From an uncultured Clostridium sp. (GTDB taxonomy: Bacteria; Bacillota; Clostridia; TANB77; CAG-508), in assembly GCA_948470605.1 (NCBI GenBank), contig CAOKPI010000003.1:9983-73982 (forward strand): a stretch of 64,000 nucleotides of DNA, given 5' to 3'. Under the pieces are notes generated by a model. The model made no database searches and had not been told where the DNA came from. It worked only from the letters and a program-made list of their open reading frames with translations. Below are positions 1-9,468 of this stretch, in pieces. Made by a program: the position numbers and the translations under genes. The first letter of the stretch is position 1, and every line of letters starts with the position of its first letter.

Positions 1-349
1 TAGAATGAGTGAAAATCATAGTGCGGCATATGGAATCGGTTCTAATTCTGTAATTATGTATGTATTAACGAATATTGTTATTTTAGGGGTAATATTCAAA
101 TTTATTACCACACAAAATGAGTTTGTGGATAAAAAATTAAAGATATTTTTAAGTTTTATTTTAGCTGGAGGCATATCAAATGTAATCGATAAGGTTTTTA
201 GAGGTTATGTGACAGAGTTTATCGATTTTGGACAAGTTATCAATTTACCAGTATTTAATGTAGCAGATATTTTTATATTAATTGGTTGGATGGCAATTGC
301 TGCTATCTTTGCAGCTTTTACGGTAAAGGAGTGGAGAAATAAAAAATAA
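1..349 (+). CDS. lspA: Lipoprotein signal peptidase II, C-terminal part (5' end lies outside the window)
   Basis: ORF 5..349. Hydrophobic protein with motifs GGISNVIDKVFRGYVTEFIDF and FNVADIFI, typical of LspA. rluD lies immediately downstream, a common arrangement. Confidence 0.75.
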   Translation, partial: RMSENHSAAYGIGSNSVIMYVLTNIVILGVIFKFITTQNEFVDKKLKIFLSFILAGGISNVIDKVFRGYVTEFIDFGQVINLPVFNVADIFILIGWMAIAAIFAAFTVKEWRNKK

Positions 350-367
350 AAAATTAGTATCAATTTG

Positions 368-510
368 AAGGTTAATCTATTTTTTATTTGTAATTCCCAA
401 CTGCATAACAGACTGTAAATCAAATTTACAAATTTGATAACAGTCTATAATTTGTTGGTCCCCCCGAATTATTACTTCATAAAAAATAGATTAAACTTGA
501 TAAGATTTAA
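368..510. repeat. Family-A intergenic palindromic element, copy 1
   Basis: AT-rich outer inverted repeat (ggttaatctattttttat / ataaaaaatagattaaac) encloses the core TCCCAACT...ACAGACTGT...GGTCCCCCCGAATT. The core recurs at 57142-57266 and 58889-59006. Confidence 0.7.
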
Positions 511-533
511 TAATGGAAGGAAAGTAGTAAGAT

Positions 534-1454
534 TTGAAAATTTTTGTAGTAAAAAATGAAGAAAAGAACAATAGAATTGATAGTTTTTTAGCCAATCAAA
601 AAGAAGGACTTTCTCGAGTTGCTGTTCAAAGATTGATAGAACAAGAAAAGATTTTAGTAAATGGCAAAAAAATAAAGCCATCTTATAAAATACAAGAGAA
701 AGATGAGATAACAGTAGAAGAGGAGAAACCAAAAGAAATTGAATTAAAGGCACAAGATATTCCAGTAGAAATTATTTATGAAGATACAGACATCATTGTT
801 GTGAATAAACCAAAAGGAATGGTAGTTCATCCAGCGAACGGAAATCCAGATGGTACTTTAGTAAATGCTATTATGGCAATTTGCAAAGATTCTTTGTCAG
901 GAATTGGAGGAGAAATACGACCAGGAATTGTTCATAGAATCGACAAAGATACTTCAGGAATTTTGATAATTGCTAAGAATGACAAAGCACATATCAACTT
1001 AAGTGAACAAATTAAAAACCATGAAGTTCAAAAAACATACATAGCAATGGTAAGGGGAATGGTTAAAGAAAATGAAGCAACTATTAACATGCCAATTGGA
1101 AGAAGCACCAGAGACAGAAAAAAAATGGCAGTAACTCAAAATGGGAAACAGGCAATTACACATTTTAAGGTAATAAAGAGATTTCCAAACCATAATTGTA
1201 CCTTGTTAGAAATAAAAATAGAAACAGGACGAACCCATCAAATTAGGGTGCATTTATCGCAAATTGGCTATCCTATCATAGGAGATTCTGTGTATTCCAA
1301 TGGGAAAAATGAATGGGGTATTCAAGGTCAATGTTTACATGCTAAAAGCCTGCAGTTTAAGCATCCAACAACAGAGAAAGAGATGTTTTTAGAAGCAGAA
1401 TTACCAGCCTATTTTCAAACCATGATTTTAGGGATGGAGGACATGGGGACGTAG
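534..1454 (+). CDS. rluD: RluA-family 23S rRNA pseudouridine synthase (RluD-like) with N-terminal S4 domain
   Basis: 306 aa with motifs HRIDKDTSGILIIAKN and GRTHQIRVH. The last codons (MEDMGT) are encoded by a family-B repeat. Confidence 0.9.
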   Translation: MKIFVVKNEEKNNRIDSFLANQKEGLSRVAVQRLIEQEKILVNGKKIKPSYKIQEKDEITVEEEKPKEIELKAQDIPVEIIYEDTDIIVVNKPKGMVVHPANGNPDGTLVNAIMAICKDSLSGIGGEIRPGIVHRIDKDTSGILIIAKNDKAHINLSEQIKNHEVQKTYIAMVRGMVKENEATINMPIGRSTRDRKKMAVTQNGKQAITHFKVIKRFPNHNCTLLEIKIETGRTHQIRVHLSQIGYPIIGDSVYSNGKNEWGIQGQCLHAKSLQFKHPTTEKEMFLEAELPAYFQTMILGMEDMGT

Positions 1455-1474
1455 ATGATGTCCTAGTAGGAGGA
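1436..1474. repeat. Family-B repeat, half copy (GGACATGGGGACGTAG...GTCC)
   Basis: The sequence ggaggacatggggacgtagatgatgtcctagtaggagg shares its core with 21887-22034 and 61215-61360. It overlaps the rluD stop codon. Confidence 0.6.
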
Positions 1475-1480
1475 AAAAGA

Positions 1481-2203
1481 TTGGAAGAAGTAAGATTACA
1501 GAAATATTTGGCAGAAGCGGGAATTGCCTCTAGAAGAAAAGCAGAAGAATTGATTCAACAAGGAAAAGTGAAGGTAAACAATGTTATTGTAACAGAGCTT
1601 GGAACGAAAATAAATCCAGAAAAAGATAAGATAGAATATGAAGGAAAGAGGATAACAAGAGAGGATGAAAAAGTTTATATTTTATTAAATAAGCCTATCG
1701 GTTATGTGACGACAGCAAAAGACCAATTTAATCGAGATTCTGTATTGGATTTAGTAAAGGTGAAGCAAAGAATTGTTCCAGTGGGAAGATTGGATATGTA
1801 TACATCAGGTGCCTTATTATTAACCAATGATGGAGATTTTGTTTATCAAGTGACCCATCCGAAACATGAAATTGAAAAAACATATACAGTTACAATGAAA
1901 GGAATTATCACCAAAGCTACTATAGAAATGTTGAAAAAGGGTGTAAAGATAGAAGATTATGTTACAAGACCAGCTAAAGTTAAAATATTAAAAATAGAAG
2001 AGGACAAGAATCAATCAAGATTAGAGATTACCATACATGAGGGGAAAAATAGACAGGTTCGTAAGATGTGTGAGACAGTGGGACACAAGGTATTGGCATT
2101 ACATAGAAGCAAGATAGCAGGAATTGGAGTAAAAGAATTACCATTAGGAAAATGGAGATACTTAAGTAAAAAAGAGATGAACAAATTTTATTTTGAAGAT
2201 TAA
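1481..2203 (+). CDS. rluB: RsuA/RluB-family pseudouridine synthase with S4 domain
   Basis: 240 aa. N-terminal S4 motif (RLQKYLAEAGIASRRKAEELI), catalytic GRLDMYTSGALLLTNDG, and GKNRQVRKM. Confidence 0.85.
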   Translation: MEEVRLQKYLAEAGIASRRKAEELIQQGKVKVNNVIVTELGTKINPEKDKIEYEGKRITREDEKVYILLNKPIGYVTTAKDQFNRDSVLDLVKVKQRIVPVGRLDMYTSGALLLTNDGDFVYQVTHPKHEIEKTYTVTMKGIITKATIEMLKKGVKIEDYVTRPAKVKILKIEEDKNQSRLEITIHEGKNRQVRKMCETVGHKVLALHRSKIAGIGVKELPLGKWRYLSKKEMNKFYFED

Positions 2204-2367
2204 AAAAATGTTACAATTCACAGCTTAAATAAGTAATAACAGAATTAATAACTGTGAATTGTAACGAAAAAACAAAAAAGCGTTAAATTTTATCTTCAAG
2301 AAGGTTGAAAATAAATTAGAAAACAGATATAATAAAACAAACAGAGGAAAAAGGAGAAAAGAAACCA

Positions 2368-3153
2368 ATGAATTCATTAAAATTCAAGCCAGAAGGCTGG
2401 AATAATGAAATTACGTCATTAGACCAAGAGAATATCAATCATTATAGGCAAAAAAATGAAACGTTACAAGGACTTGTTAAGAAATGTGATAATGATTATA
2501 ATTTATATATTCAATTTGAGAATGGATTAACAGGGATAATGCCAAGACAAGAAATAGAAGCGATTAATATAGGAGAAGAAGGGTTACCAAGAACTAATTT
2601 ATGTACTGGTAAAGTTCATAAATTTGTGCAATTTAAAATAAAAGAGGCGAAAGATGATAACCGTGTGATTGTGTCTAGGCGAGAAGTACAAGAGGAAGCT
2701 TTAGAGTGGGTAAAAAATGATTTACAAGAGGGAACAAAAGTAACAGGAATTGTGAAAAGTATCAAACCATATGGAGCTTTTATCGAGATAGGTGGAGGAA
2801 TTGTAGGATTAGCACATATTGAAGATTTATCAGTGGCAAGAATCAAAACGCCTTATGAAAGATTAAATATTGGACAAAAAGTAGAAGTTGTGGTAAAATC
2901 GATAGAGAGAGATACTGGTAAGGTCATTTTATCTTATAAAGAGACATTAGGAACATGGGAGGAAAATGTTAAGAAATTTATGACAGGAATGAAGACAAAA
3001 GGAATCGTTAGAGAAACAGAGAAGCATAAAAATGGCATTTTTATTGAATTAGCTCCTAATTTAGTCGGAATGGCAGAATATAAAGAAGGGTTTACTTATG
3101 GACAACCAGTAGATGTCTATATCAAAAAAATAGATGACCAAAGAAAAAAATAA
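2368..3153 (+). CDS. S1 RNA-binding domain protein
   Basis: 261 aa with repeated S1-like OB-fold signatures (GTKVTGIVKSIKPYGAFIEIGGGIVGLAHISDL-type). Confidence 0.7.
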   Translation: MNSLKFKPEGWNNEITSLDQENINHYRQKNETLQGLVKKCDNDYNLYIQFENGLTGIMPRQEIEAINIGEEGLPRTNLCTGKVHKFVQFKIKEAKDDNRVIVSRREVQEEALEWVKNDLQEGTKVTGIVKSIKPYGAFIEIGGGIVGLAHIEDLSVARIKTPYERLNIGQKVEVVVKSIERDTGKVILSYKETLGTWEENVKKFMTGMKTKGIVRETEKHKNGIFIELAPNLVGMAEYKEGFTYGQPVDVYIKKIDDQRKK

Positions 3154-3182
3154 AATTATTAATTGTATAGGAGGGATTTAAA

Positions 3183-4118
3183 ATGGTTGAAGATAACCAA
3201 ATTAAAGCACAAGTATCACCATTTGCTATTAGGGAAGGTGAAATCAAAACATTTGATGGGAAGGATGGATATGTATCCATGAACCAAATTGTACATAAGA
3301 TAGACATAGGGCATATTAATGAGATTCATTTTGCTATTTTAGAATTAGTCAATGAATTTGAGTTTATTACCTCAAGACAATTATATCAAATGTTAGAGAT
3401 TAAAGGGATTGACCCAAAATCTCAAGACAAATTAAACAATAAGTTAGACCAACTTGTAAAATCTAAAATATTAACAAGATATTATTTTACTTCAGATGAA
3501 GGAAAAGGAATTTATAGAATCTATTGTTTGGAAAAAATGGGGAAATATTTGTTAAATTCAAAAGAAATTGAGTGTAAATGGCAACCATCTGATAATACAA
3601 AACCAGTTCCAATGATAAAGAAAAGATTAGCGGGAAATCAAACACTGATTGCTTATTTAAGAAAGGTGAAAGCTTTTGATAGCTATGTTGTTAAACCAGC
3701 CCTTACAGCAAAAGTAGTAGGAAAGGTTTTTAAGGCAACTGGTGGAAGTGTAAAATTAACCAAAAATCGTAAATCGATTCAATTTGTTTTTGAAGTAATT
3801 CGAAGAGAAGATGATTGGCAAAAGAAAGCAGTAGATAAAATAAGACTATATAAAGAATTCTATGAGAACTTTGTGGCAGGAGATTCTGGATTTACTGGTA
3901 TGCCACAATTAATCTTGATTTGTGAAGATGAAAAACATATGGCAGAAACTTTTAAAGAGATTGTAAAAAATGGAGTGGAAATACCACAAATTAAATTGTA
4001 TTTTACAACTGATTTAAGACAAAATAAAGAGACTTTGGAGGATACTTTAGTAGAATTTGTTTTAGTGGATGGTAAATACAAAATGGAAAATATTGAATTA
4101 AAATTATTAGGAATGTAA
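3183..4118 (+). CDS. Replication-relaxation (Replic_Relax)-like protein
   Basis: 311 aa. The N-terminal winged-helix-like region (ILELVNEFEFITSRQLYQML) and overall layout resemble the plasmid/ICE Replic_Relax family. Assigned from memory of that family only. Confidence 0.45.
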   Translation: MVEDNQIKAQVSPFAIREGEIKTFDGKDGYVSMNQIVHKIDIGHINEIHFAILELVNEFEFITSRQLYQMLEIKGIDPKSQDKLNNKLDQLVKSKILTRYYFTSDEGKGIYRIYCLEKMGKYLLNSKEIECKWQPSDNTKPVPMIKKRLAGNQTLIAYLRKVKAFDSYVVKPALTAKVVGKVFKATGGSVKLTKNRKSIQFVFEVIRREDDWQKKAVDKIRLYKEFYENFVAGDSGFTGMPQLILICEDEKHMAETFKEIVKNGVEIPQIKLYFTTDLRQNKETLEDTLVEFVLVDGKYKMENIELKLLGM

Positions 4119-4241
4119 GAAAATTGCCAAGAGGGATGGACCTTTTTGGCAATTTTTGAAATAATCAATAAAGGTTATTATATTTTTTAAGATATAATAA
4201 TAAAATTAGAATTGTCAAAAAGGTCCGTCTCTCTTGGTAAT
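4119..4241. terminator. Inverted pair of hairpins between convergent genes (bidirectional terminator)
   Basis: ttgccaagagggatggacctttttggcaa and its near reverse complement ttgtcaaaaaggtccgtctctcttggtaa flank a 60-nt AT-rich spacer. Confidence 0.55.
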
Positions 4242-4245
4242 CTTA

Positions 4246-4979
4246 TTAGCTAATTCCTAAAATCTTTTTTGCTTTTTCAATATCATCTGAATTCGCATTT
4301 CTAACATTTTCTAAGGCGTAGTCAAGTCCAAGTTTCTTCCATTTGAATTTTCCCATATCATGACAAGGAAGAAATTCAATTTTTTGAACTGTTTTTAAAC
4401 TGGCGATAAAATCTTTTAATTTCAACAAATCTTGTTCATCATCTGTATACCCAGGAATTAAAACTTGTCGAATCCAAATAGGAATATTGTTATTGCTTAA
4501 ATATTTAGCAAATTCCAATTCTAGTTTATTAGAAAAACCAACTAATTCTTTACTTTTTTCATCATTTATATGCTTGATATCCAATAAAACTAAATCGGTT
4601 AGAGATAATACTTTTTTAATATCATCTGTTAGAGCAACCATACCGTGAAGTATCAATACAAGTATGAATATTTTGTTCTTTTAATCGACTAAAAAGTTCA
4701 ATTAAGAACTTGACTTGCAAGAGAGGTTCTCCGCCAGTAACTGTAACACCACCGATTAGGACAAATATAATTTTTATAACGCATAATTTTATTAAAAATG
4801 TCATCTAGTGATTTATAGTTTCCACCATTTATATCCCAAGTATCACGATTGTGGCAGTATTTGCACTGTAAATGACATCCTTGTAAAAAAAGTACAAATC
4901 GAATTCCAGGTCCATCCACTGTACCAAAAGATTCAATAGAATGAACTTTAGCATAATATCTTAAATCTTTTTCTTCCAT
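4246..4979 (-). CDS. pflA: Pyruvate formate-lyase activating enzyme (radical SAM); frame broken at two in-frame CGG codons
   Basis: Three track ORFs (4698..5093, 4622..4804, 4246..4656) join into one PflA. It has CxxxCxxC ([10 protein letters not shown]), [10 protein letters not shown] and IDTSG once the C of each CGG is skipped (plus-strand CCG at 4752-4754 and 4643-4645). The start ATG at 4979 follows an AAGGAG RBS. Confidence 0.85.
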
Positions 4980-5157
4980 TTCTTGCTCCTTTTTAGACAG
5001 GGAATAGTTCTTAAGAGATTTTAGAGAACGTATCCTATCTTCATTGCCTATTGCGATAAAGAAAACGAAGGATGATTTTTTCCTCCGTATCAAAAGGTTT
5101 TACTTATCTGTAAGTTGGCTGTATGCTCCTACAGATAAGAGTATTCCTAAAATCAAG

Positions 5158-7395
5158 TTAGATTTTTTCATGAATGGTTCTATTGATAACATCCAATTGT
5201 TGCTCTCTAGTTAGTTTTGTAAAGTTTACAGCATAACCAGAAACTCGGATAGTTAATTGAGGGTATTTTTCAGGGTGTTCCATAGCATCTTCTAATAAAG
5301 CTCTATCAAATACATTAACATTAATGTGATGTCCTGTTTGTGCAAAGTAACCATCTAACATGTTGACTAAGTTAGTAATTCTTTCATCTTCTGATTTTCC
5401 AAGTGTTCCTGGTGTGATAGAGAAGGTATAAGAAATACCGTCCTCAGCAGAGTCAAATGGTAATTTTGCAATGGAATTCATAACAGATAAAGCTCCGTTG
5501 GTATCTCTTCCATGTAAAGGATTGGCTCCAGGACCAAATGGTTCACCAGCTCTTCTTCCATCTGGTGTATTTCCTGTTGCTTTACCATAAACAACATTAG
5601 AAGTGATGGTTAAAATAGATAAGGTGTGTTTTGCATTTCGATAAGTTTGATGTCTTCTTAATTTGTTCATAAAGGTTTTTACAATATCAACTGCAATTTG
5701 GTCAACTCTGTCATCATCATTTCCGTATTTTGGAAAATCACCTTCTACGATATAATCGGTAGCCAAACCTGTTTCGTCACGAACGACTTTTACTTTCGCA
5801 TATTTGATAGCTGATAAAGAATCAGCAACGACAGATAATCCAGCGATTCCACAAGCCATAGTACGAATGATTTCTCTGTCATGTAATGCCATTTCAATTG
5901 CTTCATAGGAGTATTTATCATGCATATAATGGATAATATTTAATGCTTTGATATAGATTTTTGCTACATAATCCATCATTTGATTGAATTTTTCCATTAC
6001 CTCATCATAATCTAAATATTCAGAAGTAATTGGCTCGAATTTTGGTGCTACTTGTTTTCCTGACATAGCATCTCTACCACCATTGATAGCATATAATAAT
6101 GTTTTGGCTAAGTTTGCTCTTGCACCGAAGAATTGCATTTGTTTTCCTATTTTCATTGGTGATACACAACAAGCAATACCATAGTCGTCTCCTAATGTAA
6201 TTCTCATTAAGTCATCGTTTTCATATTGAATAGATGATGTATGAATAGATAACTTAGTAGTGTATTTTTTAAATCCTTCTGGTAGCTTGGTAGACCATAA
6301 AACAGTTAAGTTTGGCTCTGGTGCAGGGCCTAAGGTTTCAAGGGTATGAAGAATTCTAAAAGAGTTTTTGGTAACTAGAGTTCTTCCATCAATTCCCATA
6401 CCTCCAATGCTTTCGGTTACCCATACAGGGTCTCCACTGAATAATTCATTGTATTCAGGTGTCCTTAAGAAACGTACTAATCTTAATTTCATAACAAAAT
6501 GGTCCATAATTTCTTGTGCTTCTGCTTCGGTTAATACCCCATTTTTTAAATCTCTTTCAAAATAAATATCTAAAAAGCTTGAGGTTCTTCCGATACTCAT
6601 AGCAGCACCGTTTTGGTCTTTAATGGCAGCTAAGTAACCAAAGTATAACCATTGGACAGCTTCTTTTGCGTTTGTTGCTGGATTAGAAATGTCAAATCCA
6701 TATTTAGAAGCCATTACTTTTAATTCATTCAAAGCTTTGATTTGTTCGCTAATTTCTTCTCTTTCACGAATGACAGCTTCTGTCATTTCATCTACATTTA
6801 AAACACATAATTCTTCTTTCTTTTCTTCGATTAAAGCATCTACACCATATAAAGCAACTCTTCTATAATCTCCGATAATTCTTCCACGTCCATAACCATC
6901 TGGAAGACCTGTGATTAAGTGAGAACTTCTAGCTGCTCTAATGTCTGGTGTGTAGACACTAAATACACCATCATTATGAGTTTTTCTGTATTTATGGAAA
7001 ATTTCATCGGTTTGTGGGTCTACTTTTCTTCCATAGGCTTCACAAGATTTTTCCACGATTCGAATTCCACCAAACGGCATGATTGCTCTTTTTAAAGGTG
7101 CATCTGTTTGCAATCCAACAATATCTTCTAAGTCTTTGTTGATATAACCTGCTTCATGGCTAGCAATCATGGACGCTGTTTTAGTGTCAATATCTAAAAC
7201 GCTACCAGGTGCGTCATGTTCTTTTTTGTATAGCTCTAATACCTCATTCCATAATTTTTTTGTTTTTTCGGTAGCTTCTGCTAAGAAACTATCATCACCT
7301 TCATAAGGGGTGTAATTTTTTTGAATAAAATCTCTAACATTTATCTCATCTTGCCAATCTCCTAAATTAAATCCTTTCCATTGTTCAAATTTCAT
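5158..7395 (-). CDS. pflB: Pyruvate formate-lyase (glycyl radical enzyme)
   Basis: 745 aa with glycyl-radical motif [11 protein letters not shown] and active-site ACCVSPM. Confidence 0.95.
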   Translation of the reverse strand: MKFEQWKGFNLGDWQDEINVRDFIQKNYTPYEGDDSFLAEATEKTKKLWNEVLELYKKEHDAPGSVLDIDTKTASMIASHEAGYINKDLEDIVGLQTDAPLKRAIMPFGGIRIVEKSCEAYGRKVDPQTDEIFHKYRKTHNDGVFSVYTPDIRAARSSHLITGLPDGYGRGRIIGDYRRVALYGVDALIEEKKEELCVLNVDEMTEAVIREREEISEQIKALNELKVMASKYGFDISNPATNAKEAVQWLYFGYLAAIKDQNGAAMSIGRTSSFLDIYFERDLKNGVLTEAEAQEIMDHFVMKLRLVRFLRTPEYNELFSGDPVWVTESIGGMGIDGRTLVTKNSFRILHTLETLGPAPEPNLTVLWSTKLPEGFKKYTTKLSIHTSSIQYENDDLMRITLGDDYGIACCVSPMKIGKQMQFFGARANLAKTLLYAINGGRDAMSGKQVAPKFEPITSEYLDYDEVMEKFNQMMDYVAKIYIKALNIIHYMHDKYSYEAIEMALHDREIIRTMACGIAGLSVVADSLSAIKYAKVKVVRDETGLATDYIVEGDFPKYGNDDDRVDQIAVDIVKTFMNKLRRHQTYRNAKHTLSILTITSNVVYGKATGNTPDGRRAGEPFGPGANPLHGRDTNGALSVMNSIAKLPFDSAEDGISYTFSITPGTLGKSEDERITNLVNMLDGYFAQTGHHINVNVFDRALLEDAMEHPEKYPQLTIRVSGYAVNFTKLTREQQLDVINRTIHEKI

Positions 7396-7519
7396 GTAAT
7401 TGCCTCCTTTAAATATATATTATTAGTATTAACATTTTACCAAATATTATCATAACATATGAGAAAAATATTAGCAATAAAAAAACCAATATTTTTTATA
7501 TTGGTTTTTTATCATATTT

Positions 7520-7858
7520 TTATTCTGTTTCTATATCAGTTTCCACAATAGCTTTTGCTACATTATAAATTAATTTCTGTTTTTCTGGTGAACAACCTTT
7601 TATTAATTCAGAAAATTCTTTGTTCAAGTAATTTTTAGAACTACTAGAAGCACCATTTAATACATAACCTTCTGTAACATCTAATAAGCCACATAATTGA
7701 TTTAATCTTTTTAAATTTATATGAGAATTTCCTCTTTCTACTCTACTTAAGAAAGCAACAGAAATATCAATTTGTTCTGCTAAATCTTCTTGTGTTAAAT
7801 TTTTAGCAAGCCTTGCTTGTTTAATTCTTTGACCAATTACTGTATAATCTAGAGCCAT
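7520..7858 (-). CDS. XRE-family helix-turn-helix transcriptional regulator
   Basis: 112 aa with HTH_3 pattern IKQARLAKNLTQEDLAEQIDISVAFLSRVERG. Confidence 0.8.
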   Translation of the reverse strand: MALDYTVIGQRIKQARLAKNLTQEDLAEQIDISVAFLSRVERGNSHINLKRLNQLCGLLDVTEGYVLNGASSSSKNYLNKEFSELIKGCSPEKQKLIYNVAKAIVETDIETE

Positions 7859-8338
7859 TTTATTACCACCCTTCTAAGGCATAAATTAATTGCCTTTCTA
7901 TTCTATGTTTTTTAATATAGCATTTTATAGTTTAAATTTACAGAAACTAAAACATACATATGGAACATATAAGTTAATGGCAAAAATAATAATTTTGTAA
8001 AAACAGCATATTCTATTAATAGTAGATAATAAAAGAATTAATTTATCATAATTAGAAAACAAGAAAAACAGAGAAAAAACAAGGGAAATAAAGTAAAAGT
8101 AAGTAAAAAGTGGAAAATCAGGTAAATAAATCCATTCAAATTATAAAAAGATTGTAAATGCAAGGAAAAATGGTATACATAATTTGAAATTGGAGACGAT
8201 ATATGGTATAATAGAGTTTAGTTGTGTAGAAAAATATCATATTAATTGTGAGATTTTAAATATAAAAAAGGGGAGTGGATTTATATTTTAAACAAGAAAT
8301 TAAAATACTATGTAAAAAAATTTTTAAGATATTTTAAC

Positions 8339-9286
8339 ATGATAATTATAAGCTTTGGTTTTATTTTTGCTATTATATTAATAAAATATAAACCAATGTA
8401 CAAAGTAAGTGTTTCTGGAAACGAGATGGGATATATACAAAATAGAGAAGCGTTAGAAGAGAAAGTGAAAAAAGCTATTATAGAGAAAGAAGAAAAAAAT
8501 GTAGATGCTATTGATATGAAAACAATACCTGAATATGAATTGAAACTAGTGGATAGAACAATAGAGACAAAAGAAGAGGAAATGGTAGCGAATATAGAGA
8601 AGGATTTAGAGGTAGATATTACTTATAAATATTATGAAATAGCTGTTAATCAAGAGACGATAGATTCAGTAAACACAATTGAGGAAGCAGAGGAATTAGT
8701 GAAACAAGTCAAAGGGAAGAATCAAGAAAAACAACTGGATTTAAGCATTATAGAAAAATATACAGAAAAGGAAGAGGATATTAAAACAAAAGATTTAGAA
8801 ATTGCTAAAAAAGATATTGAAACAAAAATCGAACAAACAATAAATGAGCAACAAAAGCAAAAAAAGGAAGAAGAAAGAATCAATAGTATGCCAGAAATAA
8901 ATGGTATCAAATTAGCTTGTAAACCTGTATCAGGAGTTATCTCTTCTAGATATGGAGTAAGTAGTAGCATTAGAAGTTCTAATCATACAGGTTTAGATAT
9001 TGCAACAGCAAGTGGAACACCAATCAAGGTAGTAGCATCAGGAACAGTAACCCATGCAAGTTATAAAGGTTCTTATGGGAATTTAGTAAAAGTAGAGCAT
9101 GGAAATGGTATAGAAAGTTGGTATGCCCATACCAGTAAAATGTATGTATCAGCTGGACAAAAAGTAGAAGCGGGTGAAGTGATTGCTGCTGTTGGCTCAA
9201 CGGGAAATTCAACAGGTTCCCATTTGCATTTGGAAATTAGAGTTAATGGAAAACATGTAAATCCACAAAATTATTTATATAAGTAA
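8339..9286 (+). CDS. M23-family peptidoglycan metalloendopeptidase with N-terminal membrane anchor and coiled coil
   Basis: The C-terminus carries M23 motifs HTGLDIA, GNLVKVEHGNG and GSTGNSTGSHLHLEIRVNG. Confidence 0.85.
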   Translation: MIIISFGFIFAIILIKYKPMYKVSVSGNEMGYIQNREALEEKVKKAIIEKEEKNVDAIDMKTIPEYELKLVDRTIETKEEEMVANIEKDLEVDITYKYYEIAVNQETIDSVNTIEEAEELVKQVKGKNQEKQLDLSIIEKYTEKEEDIKTKDLEIAKKDIETKIEQTINEQQKQKKEEERINSMPEINGIKLACKPVSGVISSRYGVSSSIRSSNHTGLDIATASGTPIKVVASGTVTHASYKGSYGNLVKVEHGNGIESWYAHTSKMYVSAGQKVEAGEVIAAVGSTGNSTGSHLHLEIRVNGKHVNPQNYLYK

Positions 9287-9297
9287 TGTTGGAAACG

Positions 9298-9382
9298 AAA
9301 GATGATTTTGGGGACGGAGGAAAAAATCATGATTAATTTATTATTTATCATGATTTTTTCCTCCGTCCCCAAAATCATCTTT
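9298..9382. repeat. Family-B-related perfect long hairpin (about 36-bp arms), likely a terminator
   Basis: aaagatgattttggggacggaggaaaaaatcatgat / atcatgattttttcctccgtccccaaaatcatcttt. It shares the CCCCAAAATCAT motif with 22000-22020 and 61345-61358. Confidence 0.7.
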
Positions 9383-9401
9383 CTGTTTAGAAAAAAAGTC
9401 C

Positions 9402-9429
9402 TTGACAAATTTTTCTAATAATATATAAT
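9402..9429 (+). promoter_or_regulatory. Candidate sigma-A promoter of adhE (TTGACA-16-TATAAT)
   Basis: ttgaca at 9402-9407 and tataat at 9424-9429, about 40 nt upstream of the adhE start. Confidence 0.5.
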
Positions 9430-9468
9430 AATTCTGGTTAAAATAAATACGAATGAGGAGGAATTTTT

